This document shows positions 48,119 to 57,952 of a stretch of DNA of 64,000 bases, in pieces. Location of the stretch: contig CAVXGR010000018.1 of assembly GCA_963761335.1 (NCBI GenBank), positions 768,001 to 832,000 on the forward strand. Reading direction: 5' to 3'. The stretch comes from an uncultured delta proteobacterium (lineage in GTDB: Bacteria > Desulfobacterota > Binatia > HRBIN30 > BPIQ01). Below the pieces are notes generated by a model. The model was not told the origin of the DNA, made no database searches, and saw only the letters and a list, made by a program, of their open reading frames with translations. The first letter of the stretch is position 1, and every line of letters begins with the position of its first letter. The translations under genes and the position numbers were made by a program.

Positions 48119-50989
48119 ATGAGAAAGCTGTGGGGGACGGTTCTCCTCGCCGTGCTTGCCGGTCCCGGGATCATGGCGGCGCACGCGGCCACTGTGACGT
48201 TGTTTCCCATGGCGGATACGCACCTCCGCAAAGGCTCGGCAAATACCCCCGAGGGCGGAGACGATTTCCTGCGAGTGCAGCAAACAGGTGACAACCGCGC
48301 TCTGGTTCTCTTCGACCAGACGCAAATCGCCAATGCCGTCGGCAGCGGGACGCTGCTCTCGGCGAATCTCCTGCTTTACGTGGAGTCCAGCACGGGCTGG
48401 TCGAGCAGCGGCCGCACGGTGGACATGCATCGCATCACGGGCTCGTGGACGGAGGACGGCGCCACTTGGAACTGCGCCGACGACACCAATACGCAGAACT
48501 CGCAACCCGACTGTAATCCCGAATGGGATGGCGGCACGTTCGATCCGACGCCGACCGACACGCTCCTGCACACCAACGATCTCTCGGGGTTCGTTCAGTT
48601 CAACGTCACCAGTGACGTGGCCGCCTTCCTCAGTGGGACTCCGAACGAGGGCTGGCTTCTCAAGAAGACGGATGAGACTCTCGGCGGAGGTGTCCGCTAC
48701 ACCTCGCGGGAAGGCGTCGCCAGCCAAGAGCCGCGCCTGGTCCTGGCGTACACCACCTCCGGTGGCGGTGCCCCTGGCACGTGCGACCAGAATGCGCCGG
48801 ACAACCTCTGTGTCCCCGGTGGCGGATCCAAGGCCAAAGACTGCAACTTCGAGTGGCGCGTCTTTGCACCGGCATCGCTGACCAGAAATGGAATCCCCAA
48901 GAAGAAGTTCATCTGCTACGAGGGTGATCCCGAGTGCGATGTCGATCCTGACATCGACAATCACAGCTGCACGTTCGATGTCTCGATGTGCATCAACAAC
49001 GAGGACCCACGGCTGCCGACGTGTACGCCATCGAACCTCGCCGTCGTCGAGCTGAAGAAGCCAAATCCGCGCAGGCCCAAGGACGACGCCGACGCGGCCG
49101 CCATTGCCTTGCTCGAGGGCGAGGCCGGCAGCAGCGGTGGCTTCGGCGTGACCGTCGTGCGCAGGAATCAGCTGGTCTTCAGCGGGTCTCCGAACAACAC
49201 GCCGAATCTCTGCAGCGGATTGCTCGACATTCCGGTTCCCTTGCGCAATCCCGCCATCGGTGTCTATCGCAAGGGACACAAAACGCTGCGCGTCCGCACC
49301 GTGACTTCCTTCAGCGACGTCGACACCGACAGCGTGCGCTTGGAGTGCTGGCCGAGCCTGTGCGGCAACAACGTCATCGATCCCAACGAAGAGTGTGACG
49401 ACGGCAATCGAACACCGGGAGACGGATGCAATCAGGGATGCAGGCTCGAGGCGGTCACTCCCACGCCGAGCACCTCGCCCACGGTCAGCCAGACGGCGAC
49501 GGCTTCCGCTACGGTGGCGCCTTCGAGTACGGTAACCGCTACGGACACGTCGACACCGAGCGGACCCACGTCTACCCCGACCGAGACGCCGATCCCGACG
49601 GCGACGGGAACCATCACCGAGACGCCGATCCCGACGCAGACGGGGACGATCACGGAGACGCCGACGATCACAGAGACGCCGACGATCACGCCGACGGGGG
49701 CGCCGATCACCTGTCCGCAGGACTTCACCGTGCAGCTGGCGTCGGCCAGCGAGGCGCGCATTCAGACGCTGGGTGTGGGTCTGTTCCCGACGACGGGGGG
49801 GTTGGCGCTGCAGGGGAGCCTGAGGGTGGAGGTTTCCTGCCCGGACGTGAACGGCATCGCCACCATCACCATGCCCGCGGCCGATGCCGACCTCCAGCCG
49901 GTCGATCTCGGCGCGCTGGGCACGGCCTGCGTCGAGCTGAGCGCCGACGCCGTTGGGACAGTCGATTGCGACGGTGGGACGACACCGGGGCCGGACTTCA
50001 TCTTCACCAAGGATCACGATACCAACCCGGCGCACACGATTGCCGGCTCGCCGCCCGGCCTGCCGAACGATGCGGGGTGCGACGACGTCTTCACGTTCGG
50101 CGGCCTGCCTCCCTCGTATGCCTGCCTGGAAGGGACGAAGAGATGCCTGGGGGGCACGAACCTCGGCATGGTGTGCACGACGGATGCCGGCTGTCCGGGC
50201 TCGACCTGCGTGGCGTGCTCGAGCGGAACCCGTTCGAACAGCACCTGCGACAGCCCCACGGTGATCACCGAGAGCGGCACGTTCCGGCCGGGAGAGATCG
50301 TTCTGACCACGGTGCAGAAGATCACGGTCCTGCCGCCGTCGGCATACGGAGCCGACGGGATACCCTGCACGGCAGACGACGGCGCTCCGTCGCTGCCGCC
50401 GACCGAGTCCCCGGCGATCTTCAGCACGGGCCTCGTGCAGGCGAAGGTGTGGGACGCGACCACGGCGCAAAACGGGACGTTGAGCAAGAACAACCGCATC
50501 GACACCGGGTCGTTGACCTCGTGCGCGACGAATGCCGACTGCCCGTCCATCTGTCTTGGGGGGAGCAACGCCGGTGGGCAGTGCTTCGTGGCCGGCGACT
50601 GTCCTGGGGGGAGCTGCCCGCGCACCCGGATCTGCATCGGGGGCACCAACAATCTCCATCCGTGCTTATACAACTCGGATTGCCCCGGCAGCGGCGCCTA
50701 TTGCAACGACGTCGGCAATCTCCTGGAGACCTGCTACGAGGGCGATCCACCGCTCGGCGGGGGGGCGCAGACGCTGTGCGGCACGGGACACGCGCAGCCG
50801 TGCTACTGCCGCGCCAAATGCGGCTCGGCGGGCTGCGTCAACGGGACCACGGGCAACCCGGGGAGCTGCGCGGCGGTGTTCAGCGCCTCTCCCAGTCTGT
50901 CGGGGGTGGTCCTCGGCGGCGCCTTCCCGACGCTGGACTTCCAGCTCGGCGGCGACGCCGTCGTCTACTTCAACTTCGCCGTGCAGTGA
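48119..50989 (+). CDS. Secreted modular protein: DNRLRE/CBM96-like head, domain A, myxobacterial Cys repeat, PT linker, domain B
   Basis: Signal peptide ending AHA; ADTHL, RALVLFD, SANLLLY, WTEDGATWN, FNVTSDV, NEGWLL and SRE..PRLVL motifs. Confidence 0.85.
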   Translation: MRKLWGTVLLAVLAGPGIMAAHAATVTLFPMADTHLRKGSANTPEGGDDFLRVQQTGDNRALVLFDQTQIANAVGSGTLLSANLLLYVESSTGWSSSGRTVDMHRITGSWTEDGATWNCADDTNTQNSQPDCNPEWDGGTFDPTPTDTLLHTNDLSGFVQFNVTSDVAAFLSGTPNEGWLLKKTDETLGGGVRYTSREGVASQEPRLVLAYTTSGGGAPGTCDQNAPDNLCVPGGGSKAKDCNFEWRVFAPASLTRNGIPKKKFICYEGDPECDVDPDIDNHSCTFDVSMCINNEDPRLPTCTPSNLAVVELKKPNPRRPKDDADAAAIALLEGEAGSSGGFGVTVVRRNQLVFSGSPNNTPNLCSGLLDIPVPLRNPAIGVYRKGHKTLRVRTVTSFSDVDTDSVRLECWPSLCGNNVIDPNEECDDGNRTPGDGCNQGCRLEAVTPTPSTSPTVSQTATASATVAPSSTVTATDTSTPSGPTSTPTETPIPTATGTITETPIPTQTGTITETPTITETPTITPTGAPITCPQDFTVQLASASEARIQTLGVGLFPTTGGLALQGSLRVEVSCPDVNGIATITMPAADADLQPVDLGALGTACVELSADAVGTVDCDGGTTPGPDFIFTKDHDTNPAHTIAGSPPGLPNDAGCDDVFTFGGLPPSYACLEGTKRCLGGTNLGMVCTTDAGCPGSTCVACSSGTRSNSTCDSPTVITESGTFRPGEIVLTTVQKITVLPPSAYGADGIPCTADDGAPSLPPTESPAIFSTGLVQAKVWDATTAQNGTLSKNNRIDTGSLTSCATNADCPSICLGGSNAGGQCFVAGDCPGGSCPRTRICIGGTNNLHPCLYNSDCPGSGAYCNDVGNLLETCYEGDPPLGGGAQTLCGTGHAQPCYCRAKCGSAGCVNGTTGNPGSCAAVFSASPSLSGVVLGGAFPTLDFQLGGDAVVYFNFAVQ

Positions 50990-50992
50990 TGC
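49614..50992 (+). repeat. Copy 3 of the domain B repeat
   Basis: Near-identical to 46706-48084. Confidence 0.95.
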
Positions 50993-51133
50993 ATCTCAGA
51001 GAGGTGTCTCGCCGTCCCACCATGGGGCGGCGGGATGCCTTTCTTGCCCGTGGAGGGGGTCCCGCGCCTCGTTGTGCCCTTCTGCCGCGCGTGTTACTCA
51101 CCGTCGAGTAACTCGTTCGCCTGCTTCCCATCT

Positions 51134-53293
51134 ATGTCGCGACGCCGTCAGACCGGTCCCGCTGCGCGGGAGATTGATGTTCCCGCACACCGGCCGGCGG
51201 TACCGAGTGCACGGCGATGGTGGCAGCTGCCGCTCCTGATCGGAGCCATAGTCGCGATCGCTGTCGCTATCTGCTGCCTCAGCGTGGTGAGCGTTTCGAC
51301 CAACGACCTGTGGATTCATCTCAAGACCGGCGAGCTGATCTTGCAGACCGGCTCAGTTCCGCACAAAGACCCGTACTCGTTCACGGCAGCGGGACACGAC
51401 TACATCGCCCACGAATGGCTGGCCGGCGTGCTCTTCTACGGCGCATATGCCGTTCTCGGCGTTCCGGGGCTCATCCTGTTCAAGACCCTGATCATCCTCA
51501 TTGCGGCAGCTCTCCTGGGGCTCGTCTGTTTCACACATCGCGATCATCTGGCCATCGTGCTCGTGGCGTTCGGTGCCATGGCCTACATCGCGGCCGCGCG
51601 TTTTCTTGTCCGTCCGCACATCTTCTCGTATCTGATGCTGTGCGCCTACCTGTTCGTGTTCTTTCGGTATCGAGACGGAGGGCGGAATCGGCTGTGGCTC
51701 GCTGCCGTAGTTCCCCTGCAGGTGCTGTGGGCCAATCTCCACGGAGGATTCATTCAGGGGCTCGCACTTTTGGTCGTGTTCGCCATGGGAGAAGCGGTGG
51801 CATGGGGGCGAGCACGCCTTCTCGGCATCCGACGGGAGGATGCGGTGTCCTCCGGCGATCTGACTCTCCTGGCTGTCCTTCCGCTGGTGGCCACCGCCGT
51901 CTCGCTGATCAACCCATATGGTTTCCGCCTGCTGGAATTTCCTTTCCAGCTGACGGGAATGGAGGTGTTCATGAAGGACATCTTCGAGTGGCTCCCGGCA
52001 TTCAACGACTCCTTCGACGGCTCCTACATGTTCGCCGGCTATTGGATCTGGATCACGGTGCTGTTCGCGTCGTTCCTGTTCGGCAACGAGAAGAACGCCC
52101 CGGTCCCCTGGCGTGCTTGGGTTCAGCCTCTCAACCTCATCTTTCTGGGGGCGACGGCCATCTTCTCGTACTGCTTCATGTGGGCCCAGGGCACCCTGGA
52201 AGGCCACGTCGTCATGTGGACGGCAGTGGCCTTGTTGTTCTGTGCCGTCAACGTCCATCGTCTCGATCCCACCGAGGTGGCGATCGTGGCGATGATGTTT
52301 GCCATGTCCATGAAGCACAACCGCGCGATCACCGAAGCGGTGATCGTCACGACGCCGATTCTGACCCACAACCTGAGCCGTCTCGCTGACGAGCTCGGGC
52401 GCCGCCAGCGGACCGCGATCGTCCGAGTCGGTGGATCGCGGCCGGTAACGGTGGTTGCCCTGTCCTTGCTGCTCCTTGCGGAAGGGGCACACGCCCAGGT
52501 GTTCGGCTACTACTACAGTCGCTTCAGCAGGCGCGAGGGCGGGCTCGGCATTGCCGATACCATGCCCGTCTGCTCTGCCGATTATGTCGTCCGCCGGCAG
52601 CTGTCGGGCAACGCATTCACCTCGTACAACACGGCGGGGCTTCTGATCTTTCGCCGATACCCCGATGTCAAGGTCAGCATGGATTCGCGCAATGAAGTGT
52701 ACGGCGCGGAGCTATACCAAGAGTTCAAGAGCAGCCGGCAGTCTGCCGCGGCGATGAAGGCGTACCTCGACAAGCACCGGGTAGATTTCTTCTTCGTGAA
52801 CGCCGTGGATCTCTCTCCGCAAGCGAGCCAGTATCTGTTGGGCAGCGGCGAGTGGGTACAGGTATATTTCGACCATCAGGTGGTCATCCTGGTCCGCAAC
52901 GAGCCCCGTTTCGCGGAGGTCATTCGCGAGGACGCCTACTCCTCGATCTTCCCGAGCATCAATCGGCAGAACTTCGTGCCGCCGGCGCAGGCGGAGGACT
53001 ATCTCCGGGAGGCCACCCGCGCTGCAAGCCTGTGCGACCGCGCCTGGCTGCCTCGCTGGTATCGAGCGGTGGCACTGGCGCGGTTGGGTCGCTACCGAGA
53101 GGCGACGGAGGCGGTCCAGGATCTCCTGAAGGTGCGCCCGGATGTCTCCTTTGCCTGGACTCTCCTCGGAAACCTGTACGTCACGATGCAGGAGAAAGAG
53201 AAGGCGATCGACGCTTACCAAGAGGCGTTGGCCTGGAACCCCAGCTACGAGCCGGCGCATCAGGGTCTCGAAAAGCTGAGATCGCGCAGGTGA
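51134..53293 (+). CDS. Polytopic membrane protein (GT-C-like) with C-terminal TPRs
   Basis: DLWIHL..G, DPYSFT, HEWL, RPHIFS, WANLHGGF and NPYG motifs; many TM helices; TPR-like AW..LG..Y...A...Y..AL...P. Confidence 0.75.
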   Translation: MSRRRQTGPAAREIDVPAHRPAVPSARRWWQLPLLIGAIVAIAVAICCLSVVSVSTNDLWIHLKTGELILQTGSVPHKDPYSFTAAGHDYIAHEWLAGVLFYGAYAVLGVPGLILFKTLIILIAAALLGLVCFTHRDHLAIVLVAFGAMAYIAAARFLVRPHIFSYLMLCAYLFVFFRYRDGGRNRLWLAAVVPLQVLWANLHGGFIQGLALLVVFAMGEAVAWGRARLLGIRREDAVSSGDLTLLAVLPLVATAVSLINPYGFRLLEFPFQLTGMEVFMKDIFEWLPAFNDSFDGSYMFAGYWIWITVLFASFLFGNEKNAPVPWRAWVQPLNLIFLGATAIFSYCFMWAQGTLEGHVVMWTAVALLFCAVNVHRLDPTEVAIVAMMFAMSMKHNRAITEAVIVTTPILTHNLSRLADELGRRQRTAIVRVGGSRPVTVVALSLLLLAEGAHAQVFGYYYSRFSRREGGLGIADTMPVCSADYVVRRQLSGNAFTSYNTAGLLIFRRYPDVKVSMDSRNEVYGAELYQEFKSSRQSAAAMKAYLDKHRVDFFFVNAVDLSPQASQYLLGSGEWVQVYFDHQVVILVRNEPRFAEVIREDAYSSIFPSINRQNFVPPAQAEDYLREATRAASLCDRAWLPRWYRAVALARLGRYREATEAVQDLLKVRPDVSFAWTLLGNLYVTMQEKEKAIDAYQEALAWNPSYEPAHQGLEKLRSRR

Positions 53294-53456
53294 GCGGCAG
53301 AGGCGAGATCAGGACCGTACCGGGTACCGCAGCGATATTGCGCGCCCTGCTCCGGTCGGCTACGGTGCCTACCGACGGCGTCTCCCCGCTGGCGTCTTGC
53401 CGGAGAGGTCAGTCGTCGTTCGTGGCACATCGTTCGAGTTCGAAGGAGGCTTTGAA

Positions 53457-53909
53457 ATGTGGGTGAGAAGCAGATGGCTCGGCGCGGGTACGGTCCTGCT
53501 GGCGGTCTGTGCTCTGATCGCTGGCTGCTCGGTGAGGCATCGCGAAAGTCCGGCGGAGTCGGCGGCCGCCGCCAAGCCTCCTGTTCCCCCGGCTGGGCGC
53601 CCCGGCGCGCTGGTCCAGCTGGGGGAGAATCAGCTCCTCTTGGACACCGATTCCGACCCGGACGACGGCGACGCGCCGCTGACCGTCCACTTCACCGCGG
53701 GGCCCTTCATCGAAGACGACGTGCAGAACCCGACCTACAAGTGGGACTTCGGTGACGGCACGCAGTCGCAGGAACAAAATCCCACTCATACGTACGCGAA
53801 CCCGGGAGACTACACGGCGGTTGTGACCATGACCGACGGAGACAAAGCCGGCAGCGACGACCTCGAAATCACCGTTCACCCACCCAAGAAAGGAAAGAAG
53901 TCGAAGTAG
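53457..53909 (+). CDS. PKD-domain lipoprotein
   Basis: GGAGG RBS; IAGC lipobox; APLTVHF, YKWDFGDG and NPTHTYANPGDY. Confidence 0.9.
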   Translation: MWVRSRWLGAGTVLLAVCALIAGCSVRHRESPAESAAAAKPPVPPAGRPGALVQLGENQLLLDTDSDPDDGDAPLTVHFTAGPFIEDDVQNPTYKWDFGDGTQSQEQNPTHTYANPGDYTAVVTMTDGDKAGSDDLEITVHPPKKGKKSK

Positions 53910-54017
53910 CTGGCACGGACCGCCTCTGGCGGATGGTGTCGTGCGTCCTCCCCCCGGACCGATCTGGGGAGCACCGAGCTCACCGCGCAGGGGATCGGCT
54001 CACCTGGAGCCCCAGGC

Positions 54018-55742
54018 ATGAGCCGGCCCGCCGAAGCGTCGAACAGCGCCGCTAGCGTCGCCGGAAGGCGCGGGCCTGCAGCGGCCAGTGGAGAGGCTGT
54101 GCGGCCGCGGCCGCCGTTCCGCTTCGAGCGCCGCTGGGCGGTGGTTCTGGCCTGTGTGTTCGCCGTCTCTCTCGGGGTGCGTCTCTACGGGGCGCTGACC
54201 ATCGGAGTCGACCTCGACGGACCCGGGACCTTCCGCATCATCAACTACGACGAGGGCAACTCCTGCGAGGGCGCCCTCGGCTATCTTCCGTACCCTCGCT
54301 TTCTCGGCTTGCAGATCGTGCCCCTGGCGACGCTGCTGGGATACCCGCCACCGGCGCACACGATGCCGCGGCCGGCGGCCGGTACCCGCGAGTACCAGGC
54401 GGAGGCAATGCGGGCGAAGGCCTATTGCGAGAGCCGACCGCTGGTGATGATCCAGCGGATCTACTCGGCGGTCAGCGGTGCGCTCGCGGTGGTTCTGTTG
54501 GGCGCCATTGCCCTCATGATGTTTCCCGAGCGGCCGCAGATCGCCTGGACCGCGTGCGTCCTGCTCGGCCTGTCCAACCTGCACATCGGCGAATCGCACT
54601 CGGCAACCACCGATGCGCCGCAGCTCTTCTTCATTGTCCTGTTCACCGCCACCGTCCTCTACGCCGCCGTCTCCAAGAGGCGATGGCCTCTGATTCTCAG
54701 CCTCTTGCTGCTCGTCTTCGCGGTCTGGGTGAAGTACTACGTCTTCGCCGTGCTCGCCTATGCCTGCGTCCTGCCGAGCCTGCAGCTGCGACGACACTGG
54801 CGGACCTACCTGGCAGGCGCGGCGGCCGCAGCGGTCGTCCTCGTGCTGCTGGTCGGCTGGCATCACATCTTCGAAACCGTGTGGGCGCGCCGCTATCTGC
54901 TGTGGGGCTCGGAGAAGAGTCTCTTCGGCACCGGGTACGGTCACATCGGCACCTGGCGCCGCTGGGTGCGCAACGCCGTCGATCTGGTGAGCGTGCACGT
55001 GGTGGGGATCGGCTTCCCGGCCTTTGCTTTTGCCTGCTACGGCCTGTCACGCGCCGTGCATGATCGCGAGCGGCGCTCCCTGTGGCTGGCCCAGCTGCCG
55101 GCCGCCGCCTACCTGGTGTACATGCTGGTCCTCGGGCCGGTTACCTACTATCGGCACTATCTGCCACTGTTCCTCCCGGTGACCCTTCTCGCCGCCTACG
55201 GCTTCTGGGAGTCGGGCTGGGCGAGAAATCGGGCTCTGCTGGCGATCTTTCTCCTCTATCCGCTCCTGCTCACCGCCGATTCGGAGCTCAACTATCGCAA
55301 CGACCCGCGCCGGCAGCTGCGCCAGTGGTACCAGGAGCACCCGGGAGCGCGCGTCCTGGCTTCCTACTACGTGGTGCCGCCGGCAGGGTCGAGCACGGCG
55401 CTGTTCGACATGGCCGCCTATCTCCGCTACGGCATGCGTTATCTGGGCAGAGCCGACTACCTCATCCTCAGTGAGAACTGGTACGACACGTCCTTTGCGA
55501 ACGAGCTCAACGGGCCGATCGCCTGGAACCCGGAGTGGTTGATCAAGACGACGGCGGCCTATGCGACGGAATACCGCCGCATCCTGTCCAACCAGGATCC
55601 CAATCTGGAGCCGGCGGGGGAGATCGACATTCGTCATTTCACCCCGGAGTTCCTGATTCACCGCTATTTCTACGGCACCTTCCAGCTCTTCATCGGCGAC
55701 ATCAGGATCTTTCGCATCCGCCCTTCTCCCGGCGCAGGGTGA
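54018..55742 (+). CDS. GT-C fold (PMT/ArnT-like) membrane glycosyltransferase
   Basis: NYDE acidic motif after TM1; ESHSATTD, VKY and RHYLPL; multiple TM helices. Confidence 0.7.
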   Translation: MSRPAEASNSAASVAGRRGPAAASGEAVRPRPPFRFERRWAVVLACVFAVSLGVRLYGALTIGVDLDGPGTFRIINYDEGNSCEGALGYLPYPRFLGLQIVPLATLLGYPPPAHTMPRPAAGTREYQAEAMRAKAYCESRPLVMIQRIYSAVSGALAVVLLGAIALMMFPERPQIAWTACVLLGLSNLHIGESHSATTDAPQLFFIVLFTATVLYAAVSKRRWPLILSLLLLVFAVWVKYYVFAVLAYACVLPSLQLRRHWRTYLAGAAAAAVVLVLLVGWHHIFETVWARRYLLWGSEKSLFGTGYGHIGTWRRWVRNAVDLVSVHVVGIGFPAFAFACYGLSRAVHDRERRSLWLAQLPAAAYLVYMLVLGPVTYYRHYLPLFLPVTLLAAYGFWESGWARNRALLAIFLLYPLLLTADSELNYRNDPRRQLRQWYQEHPGARVLASYYVVPPAGSSTALFDMAAYLRYGMRYLGRADYLILSENWYDTSFANELNGPIAWNPEWLIKTTAAYATEYRRILSNQDPNLEPAGEIDIRHFTPEFLIHRYFYGTFQLFIGDIRIFRIRPSPGAG

Positions 55743-55788
55743 AGACATTCGGGACATCTCGGCCACGATGGGAGGTGGCGGACGGCGG

Positions 55789-56811
55789 TCACGGGTCTTG
55801 CGGCTGCGCCTTGGACGACTTTCGCCGCCTCACGGCGGTGGCCGGGCGCAGCGAGAAATCCCAGAGCTCGAGGAGCGCACCGGCGAGGGCAATCACCACC
55901 TGCATGGCGAACAGGAGAAGGGCATAACCCAGGGCCTCCGGTGCGGCGACGCCGTACAGGTGCATGAAGGCGACGAACCCTGCTTCGCGGAGCCCGAGGC
56001 CGCCGATGGTCAGAGGAAACAGGGTCATCAGGAAGACCGCCGAGCGCATCCAGGCGATGCCGATGAGGGGAATCGAGAGGCTCATGCCGCGTGCCAGATA
56101 GTAGCCCGCGAAGATGAACCCGCAGTAGGCCAGGAGTGCCAGAAGCAGCAGCATTCCCAGAGCCGCCGGGCGCAGCTGGTGGTAGGCGGTGACCGCTTTC
56201 CAGATGCGTGTGGCCATGCGGAAGATCCGCGGCGGCAGGCGCGTCTCGAACCGCAGGAGCAGGCGGTGCAAGATGCCCGAGAAGCGGGACGAGAGAAAGG
56301 GCAGGAGAGCGACGCCCATGCCGCTCGAGAGCAGCAGGGAGATCCACCAGAGCTCCTCGCTCTCGACGGGGAGGCCGTGCCGCTCGAGCCCCAGGAAAAG
56401 GCTGATCGACAGCACCGCGACGCCGATCGAGAGCATCTGCTGGAAGGCGATCAGGGCGCCGGCTTCGTGTCCGCTGCCGCGCTTGCGGTAGCGATACCAG
56501 CGGACGCCCGTGGCCACGCCGCGGGGCATGAAGACCGTGTAGAAACGAACCGCGATGTTGAGCTTGATGAGCTCGAGCAGCGTCATTTCGATTCGCGCGG
56601 TGTGCAGGATGAGGCGCGTGGAGAGGGACGGAAGGATGATTCCGGCAGCGCAGGTTGCCACCAGAGCCAGAAGCGCGTCGCCGGGATCGACTGAGGCCAG
56701 AGCGCTGCCGACCTGCCGGAGATCCACGGATGCGAATACGGCGGCGAGGATGCCCGCAGTGATGGCGAGACGCAGCGCCGCACGGCGCTTGCTCGCGGTC
56801 AAGAAGCTCAC
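55789..56811 (-). CDS. UPF0104 / lysylphosphatidylglycerol-synthase-TM (flippase-like) membrane protein
   Basis: PLTIGGLGLREAGF signature; multiple TM helices; GTG start inferred. Confidence 0.85.
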   Translation of the reverse strand: MSFLTASKRRAALRLAITAGILAAVFASVDLRQVGSALASVDPGDALLALVATCAAGIILPSLSTRLILHTARIEMTLLELIKLNIAVRFYTVFMPRGVATGVRWYRYRKRGSGHEAGALIAFQQMLSIGVAVLSISLFLGLERHGLPVESEELWWISLLLSSGMGVALLPFLSSRFSGILHRLLLRFETRLPPRIFRMATRIWKAVTAYHQLRPAALGMLLLLALLAYCGFIFAGYYLARGMSLSIPLIGIAWMRSAVFLMTLFPLTIGGLGLREAGFVAFMHLYGVAAPEALGYALLLFAMQVVIALAGALLELWDFSLRPATAVRRRKSSKAQPQDP

Positions 56812-57008
56812 CGGGCCCCCATCGCCACGGCGGCTGGGCTCGCCACGGCCGCACGGCAAGCGACCGCGGCTACGGGCATGGCCTCGCCTCGGCACGCATG
56901 CCTGCCTGATGCAAGGTCGGCGCCTCGAAAGCAAGGGTCCGAAAGGACCAATCGCGCCCCCGAGCGTGTTTGACAAGCTTCGATTCCAGCGCAACAGACA
57001 GTGTGCCG

Positions 57009-57944
57009 ATGAAGCTTCTCATTCAAATTCCCTGCCACAATGAAGAGCGGACGTTGCCGGTCACCTTGGCCGATCTTCCGAAGCAGATCACCGGGGTCGA
57101 TGCGATCGAGATCTTGGTGATCGATGACGGAAGCACTGACCATACCCTCGATGTGGCTCGCCAGCTGGGGGTCGATCACGTGGTGAGCTTCGCGGCGAGA
57201 CGTGGTCTCGCGAAGGCGTTCATGGCCGGCCTCGACGCCTGCCTGGAGTGCGGTGCCGACATCATCGTCAACACCGACGGCGACAACCAGTACTGCGGCG
57301 CCGACGTCGAGAAGCTGGTGCAGCCGATCCTTGCGGGGCACGCCGACATGGTCGTCGGCTGTCGCCCCATCGAGGACATCGGCCATTTCTCCTGGGTGAA
57401 GAAGCGCCTGCAGCACTGGGGCAGCCGCACCGTGCGCGGGCTCTCAGGACTGGACGTCCCCGACGCCACGAGCGGCTTTCGCGCCTTCAGCCGCGAGGCG
57501 GCGCTGCGCTTGAATATCATCAGCGACTTCACCTACACGATCGAGACGCTGGTCCAGGCGGGCAAGAAGAACATCGCCACGATGTGGGTGCCGGTGCGGG
57601 TGAACGACCCGTTGCGGGAGTCGCGGTTGTTCACCGGTATTCCGCAGTACCTGCGCCGGATGATCCCGGGCATGCTGCGGATCTACGCCACCTACGAGCC
57701 GCTGAAGGTCTTCTCGCTCATCGGCGTCGCCCTGGCGGGGGTTGGGATGGTGCCCATCCTGCGGTTCCTCTACTTCTACGCGATCGGAGACGGACGCGGT
57801 CACGTGCAGTCTCTGGTCGTGGGTGCCGCGACCCTGCTGGTCGGGTTTCAGGTCTTGGTGATTGCGCTGCTGGCTGACCTCATCGCCGCCAACCGACGAC
57901 TGGTGGAGGATGCCCTCTACCGCATGCGGCGGCGGAGCGACTGA
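57009..57944 (+). CDS. GT2 polyprenol-phosphate glycosyltransferase (DPM-synthase/GtrB-like)
   Basis: IPCHNEE, DDGSTD, TDGDNQY and DATSGFRA; two C-terminal TM helices. Confidence 0.9.
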   Translation: MKLLIQIPCHNEERTLPVTLADLPKQITGVDAIEILVIDDGSTDHTLDVARQLGVDHVVSFAARRGLAKAFMAGLDACLECGADIIVNTDGDNQYCGADVEKLVQPILAGHADMVVGCRPIEDIGHFSWVKKRLQHWGSRTVRGLSGLDVPDATSGFRAFSREAALRLNIISDFTYTIETLVQAGKKNIATMWVPVRVNDPLRESRLFTGIPQYLRRMIPGMLRIYATYEPLKVFSLIGVALAGVGMVPILRFLYFYAIGDGRGHVQSLVVGAATLLVGFQVLVIALLADLIAANRRLVEDALYRMRRRSD

Positions 57945-57952
57945 CCGGCGGC

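Noticed and set aside
34753..50989. A true cellulolytic cellulosome
   Set aside because: No glycoside hydrolase, CBM3 or SLH domain was recognised; enzymatic cargo elsewhere in the genome cannot be excluded.
41267..50992. Diversity-generating retroelement template/variable repeats
   Set aside because: The repeats are too long, all are coding, the mismatches are not adenine-specific, and no reverse transcriptase is in the window.
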